A stretch of 62,814 nucleotides of DNA, the filler included, from Collodictyon triciliatum (taxonomy: Eukaryota), in assembly GCA_043381765.1 (NCBI GenBank). It is 5 parts of 5 records of this genome, joined end to end, with 100 filler letters (N's around TTAATTAATTAA, not from the genome) between each part and the next. Parts side by side here need not be neighbours in the genome. Positions count along the whole stretch, not along the records: positions 13,452 to 26,742 come from JBHJMP010002002.1; positions 26,843 to 46,551 come from JBHJMP010002003.1; 3 more parts are not named here. One strand, given 5' to 3'. A program made the translations under genes and the position numbers. Position 1 is the first letter of the stretch. Each line of letters starts with the position of its first letter. Below are positions 24,511 to 36,900 of the stretch, piece by piece. The notes beneath the pieces are model-generated. The model saw only the letters and a list, made by a program, of their open reading frames with translations. It had not been told where the DNA came from and made no database searches.

Positions 24511-26224
24511 TTAATCCTCGACACGAATTAGCCGCCCGAAAGGTTCACAGTCTGCCACGTTCAATTCTTTTCGATTTTCCATATGTTCCCGGACAAGCGC
24601 ACCTTAAAGAGTTTTGAATGAGAGACAATAGTCAGTTTTATGTGACTCGCGATTGATTATTGCAATACATAAAACACATTTAGGTTTTTTTTGTATTTAG
24701 TCAAGGCAGTTCGTACTAATGACACGGTCATTTGATGGAGAATCTAAAATTGGTGCGGTTTTAAAAACGTCGTATCCATCACCGCCATTTCTCATATATT
24801 CGCTGACCACCACAGAGTACTTTTGGTCCATTTCCAAGGGCTTTCCTTGAAATGTGATTTTCTGCACTCGATTCATTGGAGGCTCCTTTGGTTTATACTC
24901 AATCACAAGCCCAGAAACTTTTTTTGGATTAAAAAATACAAATAGATATTAGGGCAATAAATCTATGTACATGGGTTATTTATTATCATGGGCACAATAG
25001 TCACACAGTATGTTTTATATGTTGAAGAAGAAGAAAATACGACTCGCTGAAGACCAACCTTGCAGAAAATATCCTGCTTTATTTTCTAAACCTCGCATAG
25101 CAAGCTCAAACATGCGACGAATCTCTAAACCATGTAGTTGCACAAGCACTGCGGTGTTAGGGAAAGGGAATTCCCTTTGCAAATCTCGCACATGAAAAAC
25201 AGTCCCAGGTTCATAAAGCTATGCGATTATAGAGGGGAAAATAGTTATCTATGAATAAGTTATCATTATTCAAAATACATATATAAATCAAATGACATTA
25301 ATAATAATACTAATGATACTAATACTAATAATACTAATAATACTAATAATACTAATAATACTAATAATACTAATAATGATAATAATAATAATAATAAATA
25401 AAGGGATGTTATAGTACTCGATTTCCTCGGATTGTGCCTGAATTCACAACAGCAATCTGCGCTCCAGGAAAAGATGCATGTAGTGCATTGGCAACAAGGT
25501 TTCCAAATAGTGTTTCTCTTGTACGAATCATTGGAAAACGAGTGTCGAGCAGGAAAGACGAAGTCCTAGTTAGCGAATCCTTGTTCTCTAGTTTCTCAAA
25601 CGTTCCCGAAACTAGGGAGATGGGAAGGCGAGCCAATGGCAACTGCGCTTCTACATCAGCGCTTTCCGATAACTTGCGAAAAATACTGTTAACAGTTTCA
25701 TCAGAAACAGAGCCTTTGTTTGGAACAAGACAGCAGCGCACGGTGCTCAACTGATTCTTAAATATATCGACCACACCAATCCATCGAGCATCACACCCTG
25801 CTTTGAATATGACTGGTCCAGATACCTCTGGTTTGATCTGACCAAGTGTGTAAGGCAAAGCAATGAAAGGCTGGTGTTCATGGCCACCAAGGATTGCCGC
25901 GACAGGGAAAGTTGTCGTCTCTCGTGCAACTTTTATATCTTCGGTCAAGGAGAGATGTGTAAGACCAATAGCCACATCCACGCGACCAGCCAACTGACTA
26001 GTAATGTGAGCAGCACATGAAACAGGGTCCAAGAAATGCACACCACATCCAGGATTTGACAGGCCCGGTGTCTCTGGAGTGCATAGTCCAAAGAGGCCGA
26101 CTCGGATTCCGCTCTCCAGAGCAAGGATGCATCCCGAGCGCAATTGTTTCGTGGGATCATTTCCTTGAGAGGAATCGTCACGAGGCATTATCACATTACC
26201 ACCCAACCACGGAAATGCAGATTC
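24511..26224 (-). CDS. 5'-nucleotidase/apyrase family metallophosphoesterase (N-terminus beyond the contig edge)
   Basis: FPWLGGNV, GLFGLCTPETP, GLTHL, ILGGHEH, ETLFGNLVANA, AVVNSGTIRG, EFPFPN, FLQVSG, YMRNGGDGY; four exons with GT-AG introns. Confidence 0.92.
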
Positions 26225-26742
26225 CTACGGGAGAAAGATAGAGGTAGATAAAATAATTCACTTCCTATTTTGATATAAACTCGCGTATGTGAATCTATAC
26301 CACAATAAAATATCCAATCAAATATTGATTTTTCATTCAAAATACTTCAACACCAATAATCCCATCTTATTCATTTATTTCTTTAAAGATTCACGATAGT
26401 TTATTATTCACTATTAAATGATTGATTTTATTTCTCCTATATACATTCTATATGCGATTTCTGACTTTCAGGAATAAATTCTTAGTACAATATAAACAAA
26501 TCAATACTCACAAGTACAAATCACATACATATAAATTAGGATTGTAATGGAAATAATTCTTGAGATTAAATTAAACAATTATAAATGCAAGTATGATTGA
26601 TTTATAAATAAAAGGACAAGAGTGAATATGTGCTCGTGAATGAGATGACAGCAACGATTACAAAAAAAAAAAAAAAAAAAAAAAAAAAACAAAACAAACC
26701 AAAAAAAACAAACCAAAAAAAAAACCCCCCACCACCTACCCC

Positions 26743-26842
26743 NNNNNNNNNNNNNNNNNNNNNNNNNNNNNNNNNNNNNNNNNNNNTTAATTAATTAANN
26801 NNNNNNNNNNNNNNNNNNNNNNNNNNNNNNNNNNNNNNNNNN
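26743..26842. other. Artificial contig-join spacer
   Basis: N44-TTAATTAATTAA-N44. Confidence 0.97.
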
Positions 26843-26934
26843 TTGTCATATTCAGGTCAGATATGTAATAAACGACACCAACAGGAAAACCAAGCTATTG
26901 TCTATGGTTTTCGCTCACACCGCTTCTATTATTT

Positions 26935-27144
26935 AGTGTGTTTTGTGTGTTTTGTGTGTTTTGTGTGTTTTGTGTCTTTTGTGTCTTTTGTGTCTTTTGT
27001 GTCTTTTGTGTCTTTTGTGTCTTTTGTGTCTTTTGTGTGTTTTGTGTGTTTTGTGTGTTTTGTGTGTTTTGTGTGTTTTGTGTGTTTTGTGTGTTTTGTG
27101 TGTTTTGTGTGTTTTGTGTGTTTTGTGTGTTTTGTGTGTTTTGT
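26935..27144 (+). repeat. (TTTTGTGTG/C)n nonamer repeat
   Basis: Direct. Confidence 0.9.
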
Positions 27145-28402
27145 ATTTTAATTTTTTGGGAAATAGTGATGAAAACGATAGACAGACAAATAGATATATA
27201 CGCGCATGGAGAGCCAACCAATTGCTTGCTTTGATTTGTTCTGAATGCCAGTTTGTCCGATAAGGCGGTGTTCTTGTTCCAAACATTCTATATCTCCGTT
27301 TGTTATATTCGGTGTGCGCGTGGTCTAACAGGCCACAACAACACGCGCTGGCACATTATTCGGGCCCACAGAACCTGCAGGACGTCCTGTTCCTAAGCTT
27401 TACAGCGTACCTATAAATAAGAATGAGTCTCTTTTTTTTCTCCTTTTTCTTCAATGTTAGTCTTCTCGTCTAGTGGACAGTCCAGCTTTTATGATTCATT
27501 ATTAGATTTCTTATGCTGTATCTGTCTAGTTTGACTGATTTATACATCGTACTTTCCTTTCTCACATGTTCTCATTCTTGAAAAGTATTTTGCGCACCGC
27601 CTTAATCGCTTGTAGGCATCTGTCGCCTGCGTTTTGCTTGGTGATGTTTCTGTCCGAAGAAACTACTCGTGTGTGTATTAATATTTCCCGGATGCGTCCT
27701 GGTCGCGCTTGTCCTGATGGGCCCTGCTGTCTATTACCCACGCCCTTTTTTTCATTTATTGGGGTTGCCTTGCAGTTATCGCAACTGCCACAGCTGTGGT
27801 GACATGTATGGCCGACGCATTTTCTTTTGAGCAGATGAACGTGTTCTTTTCCCTTTTGTCAGAGCTTCGGATATGGCGCAGTCATGATGCATAGCCACTG
27901 ACATAAAGGGAGTTCTATCAAAGAGACGTGACGGACTCAAGAAAGAGCAACTATTTAACATAGAAAAATGTAAACGTTCCATGCCCTTCAAACAGGCCCG
28001 CGATAGTGACAAAGACATTCGGATGTTGAACAAAACTATGATGAAATTGAACATAATTGATGTCGGTTTGGTTCGAGAAAACGGTGACCGCAGAACAGCA
28101 TACTGCTTGCAATGCATTTTCACGCCTTTTTATTATTGTTCTGAATCGGATACCTGGTACAAAAATAATATCTTTTTTCCTTTCTCCAAAAAGGCATAGA
28201 AAAGATGGAGTTGGTTTTATTGAGGTACAAACTGGGAAGACAAGTGCGTTACAAACCAAAAGGCGCGTGATTCGAGACACTGACGTACTACTCGAGCAGT
28301 GTTCGAGTATGATGACGAGCACAAATAACTACTGGGATTCTACTAAGACAACCGAATACGTATATCGGTTCCTTTCTTTTTTTGTAAGCTCAGGCACTGA
28401 GG

Positions 28403-29238
28403 CTAGAGCAAAAGGCAGACCCCGCTTGACTCAGCTTTCTGGGCTGGGTTGGTTGGCTGAATCCACCGTGACAAGTGTGACGATGAGGTTCCAACCAAAG
28501 GCGAGATGAAGTTTGCATTTATTACCGCCTCTGTTGTCCTGGATGATTCGGGCGATACTGTATGGGGTATATGTTGATTGTTTGGCGGGTGTGTCAATTT
28601 GAAAGTGATTTTTCCTCTAGTCAAAAAAAATAATTAAATTGGTGAAGATTGTCCGTAATGAATCAGAATATTATGTTGATAAAACAGACATTTATTTTGG
28701 GAGGTTGGGCTCCGTGTAGGTGGGTCTCTATTGTCCTCGTCTAAATGTAATTGATATAATTGCGTCAGAAATTATGTCATTTTTAAGCGGTAGTAGAACA
28801 GGTGAATCTCAGAGAACATATTTCGAATATAACAAAGACTTATATCTAATATCATGTATCGGTATCAATCGGATAAATGGATTAAATTATTTAACATGCT
28901 CATGATTAGGTAATAAGCTATTGATAGAAAAATATATAGATAGATTATAACCCATAGAGGATGTTTCGCTCATTCCTCTCCGCACTCTGGAAGCCATCTT
29001 ATGTCTCATCAACGAAGAGGGTGATTGCAGGTTAACCAGTTTTTTTACCGGCGAGCCTATGGGATTTGCGAAACTGGTCTGCGGTATATTGCTTGGCTGC
29101 TTTGATAACACAGCCGGACGGTTCTCTACCTTGAACTCACGTGTGCTTCTTCGAGTTGAAGAGCTTTTTCTCAAAGAGTGTCCATATGGTAGGGCTTGTG
29201 GTTCGCCAACAGGGGCGACTATAATAAAAAGAAGCTCT

Positions 29239-29325
<87 letters not shown>

Positions 29326-32323
29326 GCCGGCCAAGAAAGAAAACATCAGGAGAGAAATTTACGCGGATGCATGGACGCGAAGAAAAGATGGGAGAACTAA
29401 AGTAAACCTGGCAAAATCCCTGATGAAAAAGATGCCTCTGAATTCCTATATTCAAAAAATGTCTTTTTTTTTAAAAAAAAAACTATATATATAACAGGAT
29501 ATATATATATATAGCACCATTCCTGATACAAAGACAAGCACTAGGCATAAACGTGAGATTACCCTTTGAAATGGAGGAGCATAAACTGCTTGGAAACGAG
29601 TCGGGTTTCTCTTCGGAACTGATTAATATGGTTTTATTAGGATAGCTCTGATCTCTATTTCCTCAAAAGGGCTTCTTCTTTGGAATTTGCGACGTTTCAA
29701 TAGGCAAGACTCAATGATATTTTTTTTATTTATATATGATGTTGTGTAATGAATGTATTACTTACGCTATATTCGGAATTGGTAATGGTTTTGCTTAAAG
29801 GAGGAAATTCATTCAATCCACCTTCTGTTTCATGGTTTGTTTGGCTGATAGCATTACTGCTTTTCGAGTCAGGTGATGAATGTGATTTTGAATCTTTGGC
29901 CTATATTTGGTTTAAAAATCATATAAGTATAATCATAGAATTTGTAAAAATTCAGATGAAACAGTCCTGAGTAATTGGGAATAAAAAAATACTAGTTAAA
30001 AGAAGTTTTAGGCAAGCCTGTAAAAAAAAATAAATAATTAACCTCATTCTTTATTGGTGCATTTTTAATCGGTGCATTTGTATTTCTGTGAAAATCGTAT
30101 AAATGATTCAACTTTTCATGGTTCAAAATGTTCAAAATACTTACATTTAAAAGTTTTATCGGTTCTTATGATTGAAATCATTAGTGGCAAACGAATATAA
30201 AACCAAAAGCCAGTAGAATTGAATGACAAAGACTTTGAATGGAAAATATTTTTGTTACGGCGTACTCGTTCCTGTCTTGAATAACACTCGAGTTGACATA
30301 ACAACCTCCGTTCTGCAAAGTGATATCCGAACTGGATATCAATTCCCAATCGTATGGGATTTCTTGGTGGTGATATCCTTCTCGTGTATAAACGTCATAC
30401 AAAACGTTCTCTACGAATACATAATCGGGCTCATCTTCGAATCCTAAACTGTCCAAGTATTCAAACAATTTTGTAAATTCGCCAGGCAATCCTCGAACAA
30501 AATCAGGATTATGATATTGCATCTTCATATTATAAATATCAGCCTACGCAGGAAAAGAAATATGTGAGAACATAGCAGATATAAATCCGATGATGTTAAA
30601 GTTGTTGAAATACGTCAAGGTTGCAACTTTATTAATGCATGATCACCTTTTCACTGCAACTCTTCCAAGGTAAACGACCACGCAAGAATTCGATCAAACA
30701 ATAATACAAAGACCAAAGGTCATCACGACGGCTTAAGTCCTTTTGAGTTTTGGTGGTAGTAAAGTTAGCTTTTCATAATTCTATATTATTGAAAACATCA
30801 GTATCAGCGAGTTTTGGCAATATAAAACTACTTTATCTGTGTGAGCATTTAATGATGAATAACGCGCAGTTCCACGAAAACCAACATGAGCTCGCTCCTA
30901 TTTTTTTTTATCAGGAACATGATTAAAAAAGACGCAAAATAGAGGGGGGAAATAAAATCATCATCGAGCTATTCGGCCCGGTCGCGTATGTGAAAATAAT
31001 CAGATAGGTCATCGAAGTTTGATAATTTTCGTTTGGATAAGACTTTACAGGAATTATTTTCCCGTCCTCAGATAAGTACTTTCGAGAAAGGCCAAAATCA
31101 AAAATGAAGCAACGCCCTCTTGATGCCCCGAGCCCCATGGCAAAGTTGGACTGTTTTAATGGGGAAATGGATGTTTTTATTGATTAAATAATCAAGCAAT
31201 ACGTATATAAAGAGATTTTTGGGGTAAAAGCTATTAAATAACTTGCGATGGGTTCTGAATATAAAATATATTCATGTTGCCTTTCAATGGTGAGAATATC
31301 ATGTAAATCGGCAGTACTTTTGTATCGTTAGAAAAAATAATAGGAGCTGATGTGAATGTAAGTAAAATCATACTGGCTTAACGTCCCTGTGAATATATCC
31401 GAAAGAATGGACTAGCTCGATTCCTCGAAGCATTTGAATACCTAATCTCATCGTTGTTGCAATAGAGAATTTCTTTTCGGGCTGTTGGTGGCGGAGCTCG
31501 TTTAGATTATTCCCGAGCATCTGCATCACGATAAAGTGTCCTTCTTGAAGAGTTCCAGACAAGATGTACCGGGGAACACAATTGCACTCTATATACCAGA
31601 GAACGAAAGTTAAAAATATTTATCTTGAATTATAATTAACTTAAGAGGTGATCAAGGTTATGAAAATGAATATGCATATGCATATGGGTTTGATTTAATA
31701 TGTGCAATGAAATCAAATGCGGTCGTTCATTACACGTATTATTATATTTCAAAAAAAAATACTTGATACTATCATATTTGCAAATAGATCGGATAAACAA
31801 TATTCACGTTTGGGTTTCATGTCATGAACCAGAAAATAAGTGAACTGTAACTACTACATGATGTTTTTATTCAGCGTGCAAAACTGGGCGATCGAGTAAC
31901 CACGTACCTTGAAGCATTTTCAGTATGAGCGCCTCGTTCTTGACTGATTTCCTTCGAGAGTCAGCCGGCTCAAACTTGACTGCAACAAGCCGCCCGTTGA
32001 CACTGTCATCTCCCGAATATAAATCCCCTGTAAAAGAAAAAAATAGAGGCAGGAAGGAAGGAAAGAAGATAAAAGGATATTTAACCCGGCTTCGTATAAG
32101 AATCCCAAAGCACATCTGGCATTTAGGAGTGTAAAAGAGAAGGAGGGGAAAAAAAACATGTGTGTAATGATGAAAACTGCTTTTTATTTCCTTTGTTTCC
32201 CTCATATAGTTTCTTTTAATTGGAGCAAGCGAAATCGTATGCTGAAGAAAGAATACCATACGACCCGACAGCAAACTTGTTTTTGATGCGGTAGCGCCCT
32301 TTGATCATAAAGCCAGGCTCCAT
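28403..32323 (-). CDS. Casein kinase 1 superfamily, tau-tubulin-kinase-like Ser/Thr kinase with a low-complexity tail
   Basis: MEPGFMIKGRYRIKNKFAVGSYGDLY, VAVKFE, IVMQMLGNNL, GYIHRDVKPSNFAMG, IFDFGLSR, GFRGTARYSSLNAH, SRRDDLWSL, LPW, EPDY. The exact 3' end (28403 or earlier) is uncertain. Confidence 0.9.
29242..29321 (+). repeat. Poly(A) run of about 80 nt (poly-T tract before an acceptor of the kinase gene)
   Basis: Direct. Confidence 0.9.
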
Positions 32324-33984
32324 TGTTCGAGAAGAGCGGCCGTATAGTCGCAAGTATAGATCGTGGCGACGGGAAAAACTGAAGGAAAGTTTACAAAGGC
32401 GATTGTTTGTGTTATGTCCAGGCGGGTATGTGTTTAGACGCGATTCTCTTCCTGTCAGCGACCCTTGTTGGGCGGAAACGAGTCTGGGTCTGATTGCGCG
32501 AAGCGCTGATTAATCAACGATGGAAGCTCACAATCAAAAAATTGAGATAGTAATTAGCTCATGCCATATATGATAATTATATCTGGAATAGATAATAAAT
32601 AATTTATTTTTATTATTTTGTTGAAATTTTATTCCATTGATACATATTTTAATTAACATGTTTGCATTATAAAACATAATATAGTCAGTCAAGTCTTGTT
32701 CAAAAACATGCTTCTCAGCGGGTGTGTTCAAGTGTTTCTTTTTGTGCACATCGACCGTTACGTCCAAAAGCGTATGTAAGTTGCTCCATAATAAGGAAAC
32801 ACGACACTAAGTCCACATATAGAAACACATTTGCGCAGTATCTGAATCCGTTTGGTCTTGCAAAATTTTTTTTCTTGTCGATGAATATTTTATCCAAAGA
32901 AAGTACCATAAATGTACCACATAGTTTAACAAGATATGGAAGGCTTTCATTCCAGAGCAAATCAAAGCATCATCAAATTGTGCCCGAATGCCAGAGTGGA
33001 TTGCTTTGTGCGCAGAAGGAATGAGGAAGCGCGTATGATCAGCAGAACAAAGATAACGAAGCGTGAGAGACAGAAACCACACAGAGCCTTTTTTTCTTTA
33101 TCTTTGTTGCATGAGCAGGGACGATGGTATGAATGATGCCTCTTTATCTTACTTGGATTGCCTCTCTTTTTCTCCTTTTTTTTTTTCTAACCTGAACACA
33201 TATCCTTTTTTTTTTTTTTTTTTTTTTTTATTTTGCCACCTTTTGGGCTGCCCTTGTGATTTTCCCAACAACTTTTGCCTTCATGGAAGACTCTATATTC
33301 CTGCTGATTCACACACTTTTGCTTCGCCTATTTTCCTTAGCTCTATTTACTTGTTGCGAGCAGCTCCTTTGAATGTCTTCATATCCACTTCTTTTTCTTA
33401 TGGCTGGCATATTGATTCTTTGCAAGTTTGGATTTACAACCTGAATTTTCTCACTACTCGACCTACTTTTTCTGTTAGGCTTTTTTTCTTTTTTTCTTTT
33501 TTTTCTATTTTTCTTTTAAAAAAAGAAAATCTGCTGTGCTTTTAGGTGAATGCACTGATTAATAGTAATTACTTGTAAATAAAAAAGGACAAGAGAGTAT
33601 CAAAGAACAATGACTGTGAAGCATAAAACAGATAATAATAAAAATAAAAATATAATGTCTCGCTTTGACCTCTTTGGTTCTCCTAGGCTCTTCAAGCTAT
33701 CTCAGCTTCATCTCTTACTCGATCGCCCGCATATTTGTGTGTAACATACTGCTAAGTACATATCTAACATATCAGTAAATATCACACAGCAGGGGAAACG
33801 GATTCTTGGGACGACTGCTTGGGTCATTTCCTTCCTGCCCCGTTCATCGATCGTCGCTTGGGAGGTCTCAAAACATACCTATTTGTAACCATTCACTCTT
33901 AAATGTAAGTCTGTTCCAAGTGAGGCGGTATTTTCTGCTCATCACGCCGCCCCATTTTTCATTAGTAGTGGCCTTCTTCAAAAG

Positions 33985-36900
33985 ATGCCTCGGTCACTTG
34001 AAACCACGGTATGTTTCTACTTTCTATTTTTTGTTTTGTTTTGTTTTGTTTTGTTTTGTTTTGTTTTGTTTTGTTTTGTTTTGTTTTGTTTTGTTTTGTT
34101 TTGTTTTGTTTTGTTTTGTTTTGTTTGTTTGTCTGTCAACTGTACTGGATGTGAATATTTTGTGTTTTGCAAATAGCTTTTATAGTGAATCATGTATCGC
34201 GCCGAATAGTTGAGATAATGAAATGTTCTGGTTGTTTTTGTTTTTTTTAAAAAAAAGTGATACTTTATTTGAAAAAGAGCATATTCGACTTTCAGGAAAT
34301 TGAAATATTTAACACAAACTGCTTTATCAATGTCCCTATTTTCGAAACCTTCATTTTCATCTAATTTGTGATATATTTACCCAATTCACAACTTTAGACG
34401 AGTCAGCCCGAGGAGAGTCGGTAGGTTATATATTTTTTTCTTGTGCCAGAATATAATACTTGGCCCTTCTTTCCATCAAACTCTCATTTCAAAAAGTAAT
34501 TATTAATTATCAATATGCCTATTCTCCAGGTTTGCACAGCTGCTCGCGTCTGTTCTACATCCCTATTCGAGAGTGAGATTAGCTTGGGAGCTACAAATAT
34601 TCATTCTTGTGGTGTGTTGCTTTATTTTGCTAATATATATCACTCTCACCGACTAAATTCTCGAAGGCCATCCCTATCTTTACATGATTTGAGTCTTACA
34701 AGGGTTACTTATCAACTAGATCTACAACGCACTAATGATACCTTTTCGCTGTGCCTTCGAGATTGATAACAAAGGTGAAAACAGTCTTTCAACTAACTAT
34801 TTAGCGTATATGCGAAATCCCATTAACGCCAGTCTTAAAAATGTTGGTTGATTTTCGTAAGTTCAAGCTGAACACTAACACATCTTTATGCTGCAGCGTT
34901 CATTCTTGGAGTTGATTATATATCTGACGCCATATTCTTGGTGGATATTTGGTTGAATTTCTACACACCCCAAAGCATGGACGAGGTATTTCTATATGCT
35001 AGTGCATGTGTATGAAACAGGCTTCATCAAATCCACTTTCGTTCATCTCAGGTTGTTCGATTTAACCAACGCACTTTGAGGAGGCGTTATATGCATTCTT
35101 GGTTTATCCTTGACGTGTTTGCCCAGTTCCCGTATGATATCTTTGCACTGGCCATAGGTTCCAAATATCTACCCTTCCTTCGCATTCCTCGTGTCACCAA
35201 AGTGAGTTCGCAGTAACAGCTCTTAATTCATCAAGACATACAACTTATGATGATTTTGGATTACTTTTTTTTTTCAAAAAAAAATCTTCACCCGGTAATG
35301 AGAGTTTTTCTCCCTAGGTGATTCGACTTTATCATTATGCAGAAAAATGGGAGATGGAATGGAAGTCGCTGGGTAGTTACTTTCGAATATGGCTTCTTTT
35401 TTTTACACTCATGCTCACATCTCATTGGATTGCTTGTGTATGGTGGACTGTTGGAATCAATGCAAAGGTTTGTGACTCACCGTCCTGAATTCATACTTTT
35501 TTATTTTATTTTTGTATGCTGATTCAGTCGATTAAGTATGCTGCTAATATCGCACAATACTTTCTACAGGGTGTATCGTGGGTTATCCGAAATCGGGTTC
35601 TAAAAACAAACACATACACACAATACCTTATTTCGCTTTATTGGAGTATAGTTGTATTAACAACAATCGGTTTTGGTGATGTTGTTGCTGTGAATGATAC
35701 TGAGCGATTGATTTCTATATGCACTATGCTTGTCGGAGCATTCTTTTACGGTGAGAATTTTACATGACAATTTAATAGTGGCTGCGTGTAGTCTTTATAT
35801 ATATATATATATATATAGTCCATGAATATTTACTTTGTTTAGAAAAATGAACGCGTTTGATACTGAACCTTCCGATCATATTTGATCAGGTCTTTTATTT
35901 GGTAACATTGCATCTGTATTATCTACGCTTGATGCCGCCAGCTCCCGGTTATTGCAAGATGCATCTGTCCTGAGAAAGTATATGAGCTATCATAAACTTC
36001 CTGAAGAACTGCGCATTCGTATCCACCATTATTTCGATATCACTTGGACTCGAGAAAAGGTTGAATACTATATTTTGCTGATAATCAGTCATTTTCCCTT
36101 GCACTGTTCCTATATTATTTAGGGTATTAAAAGTATATGAACAACACTTTCGCTTAATTTGAACTAATCACATCAAACCATCTCATCGCAGGGACTCAAC
36201 GAGCACGAATTGATGAATGATTTACCTGCTGCTTTGCGATCCGAAATTGCCATTTACATTCATAGAGAGCTTGTGAATAAGGTGCTTTCTATCGTTCTTT
36301 TTTTTTTAATATGTATTTTCAATAGTGTTTTCATGATTTCACTCAGATAATATCTTTTGTCTTGGTGACTGAGTGACTATTTGTGCAATCATTCGTGTCT
36401 CAATAGGTTGGATTTTTCCAAGCCATATCCAACGCTGGGTTCATTAATTCTTTGGTGCTGAAATTGAAGCCCCAAATAGTTCTTCCTGGCGAAGCAATCG
36501 TGAGAGAGGTATGGTCTCTCATTTTATTTTTTTTTCGGAAACGAGTTACTTCATTCATCTCACTCGTCATTTATCAATACCGAGTCACAAAATGTCGCTT
36601 GCAATCGCCATTTTACCTATGCGACAAATCATGATGCAGGGCGACTTGCCTACAGAAATGTTCTTTCTGAGCAAAGGCCACGTCGAAGTGTCGAGTGGGG
36701 GTATCACATTATGTTATTTGAAGGAAGGCTCGTATTTTGGAGAAGTCTCTCTTATTTTTGAGGTAATTTTGAAGCTCGTTTCTTTCATTCAAGAATCATT
36801 TTTTTCCAGACACACACCTTTTTACAGTAATCTTTCTTGTACTTTCTTCTTTTTTTTCTTTTTCTTTTCTTTTCTTTTCTTTACCCTACTATTTCCTTTC

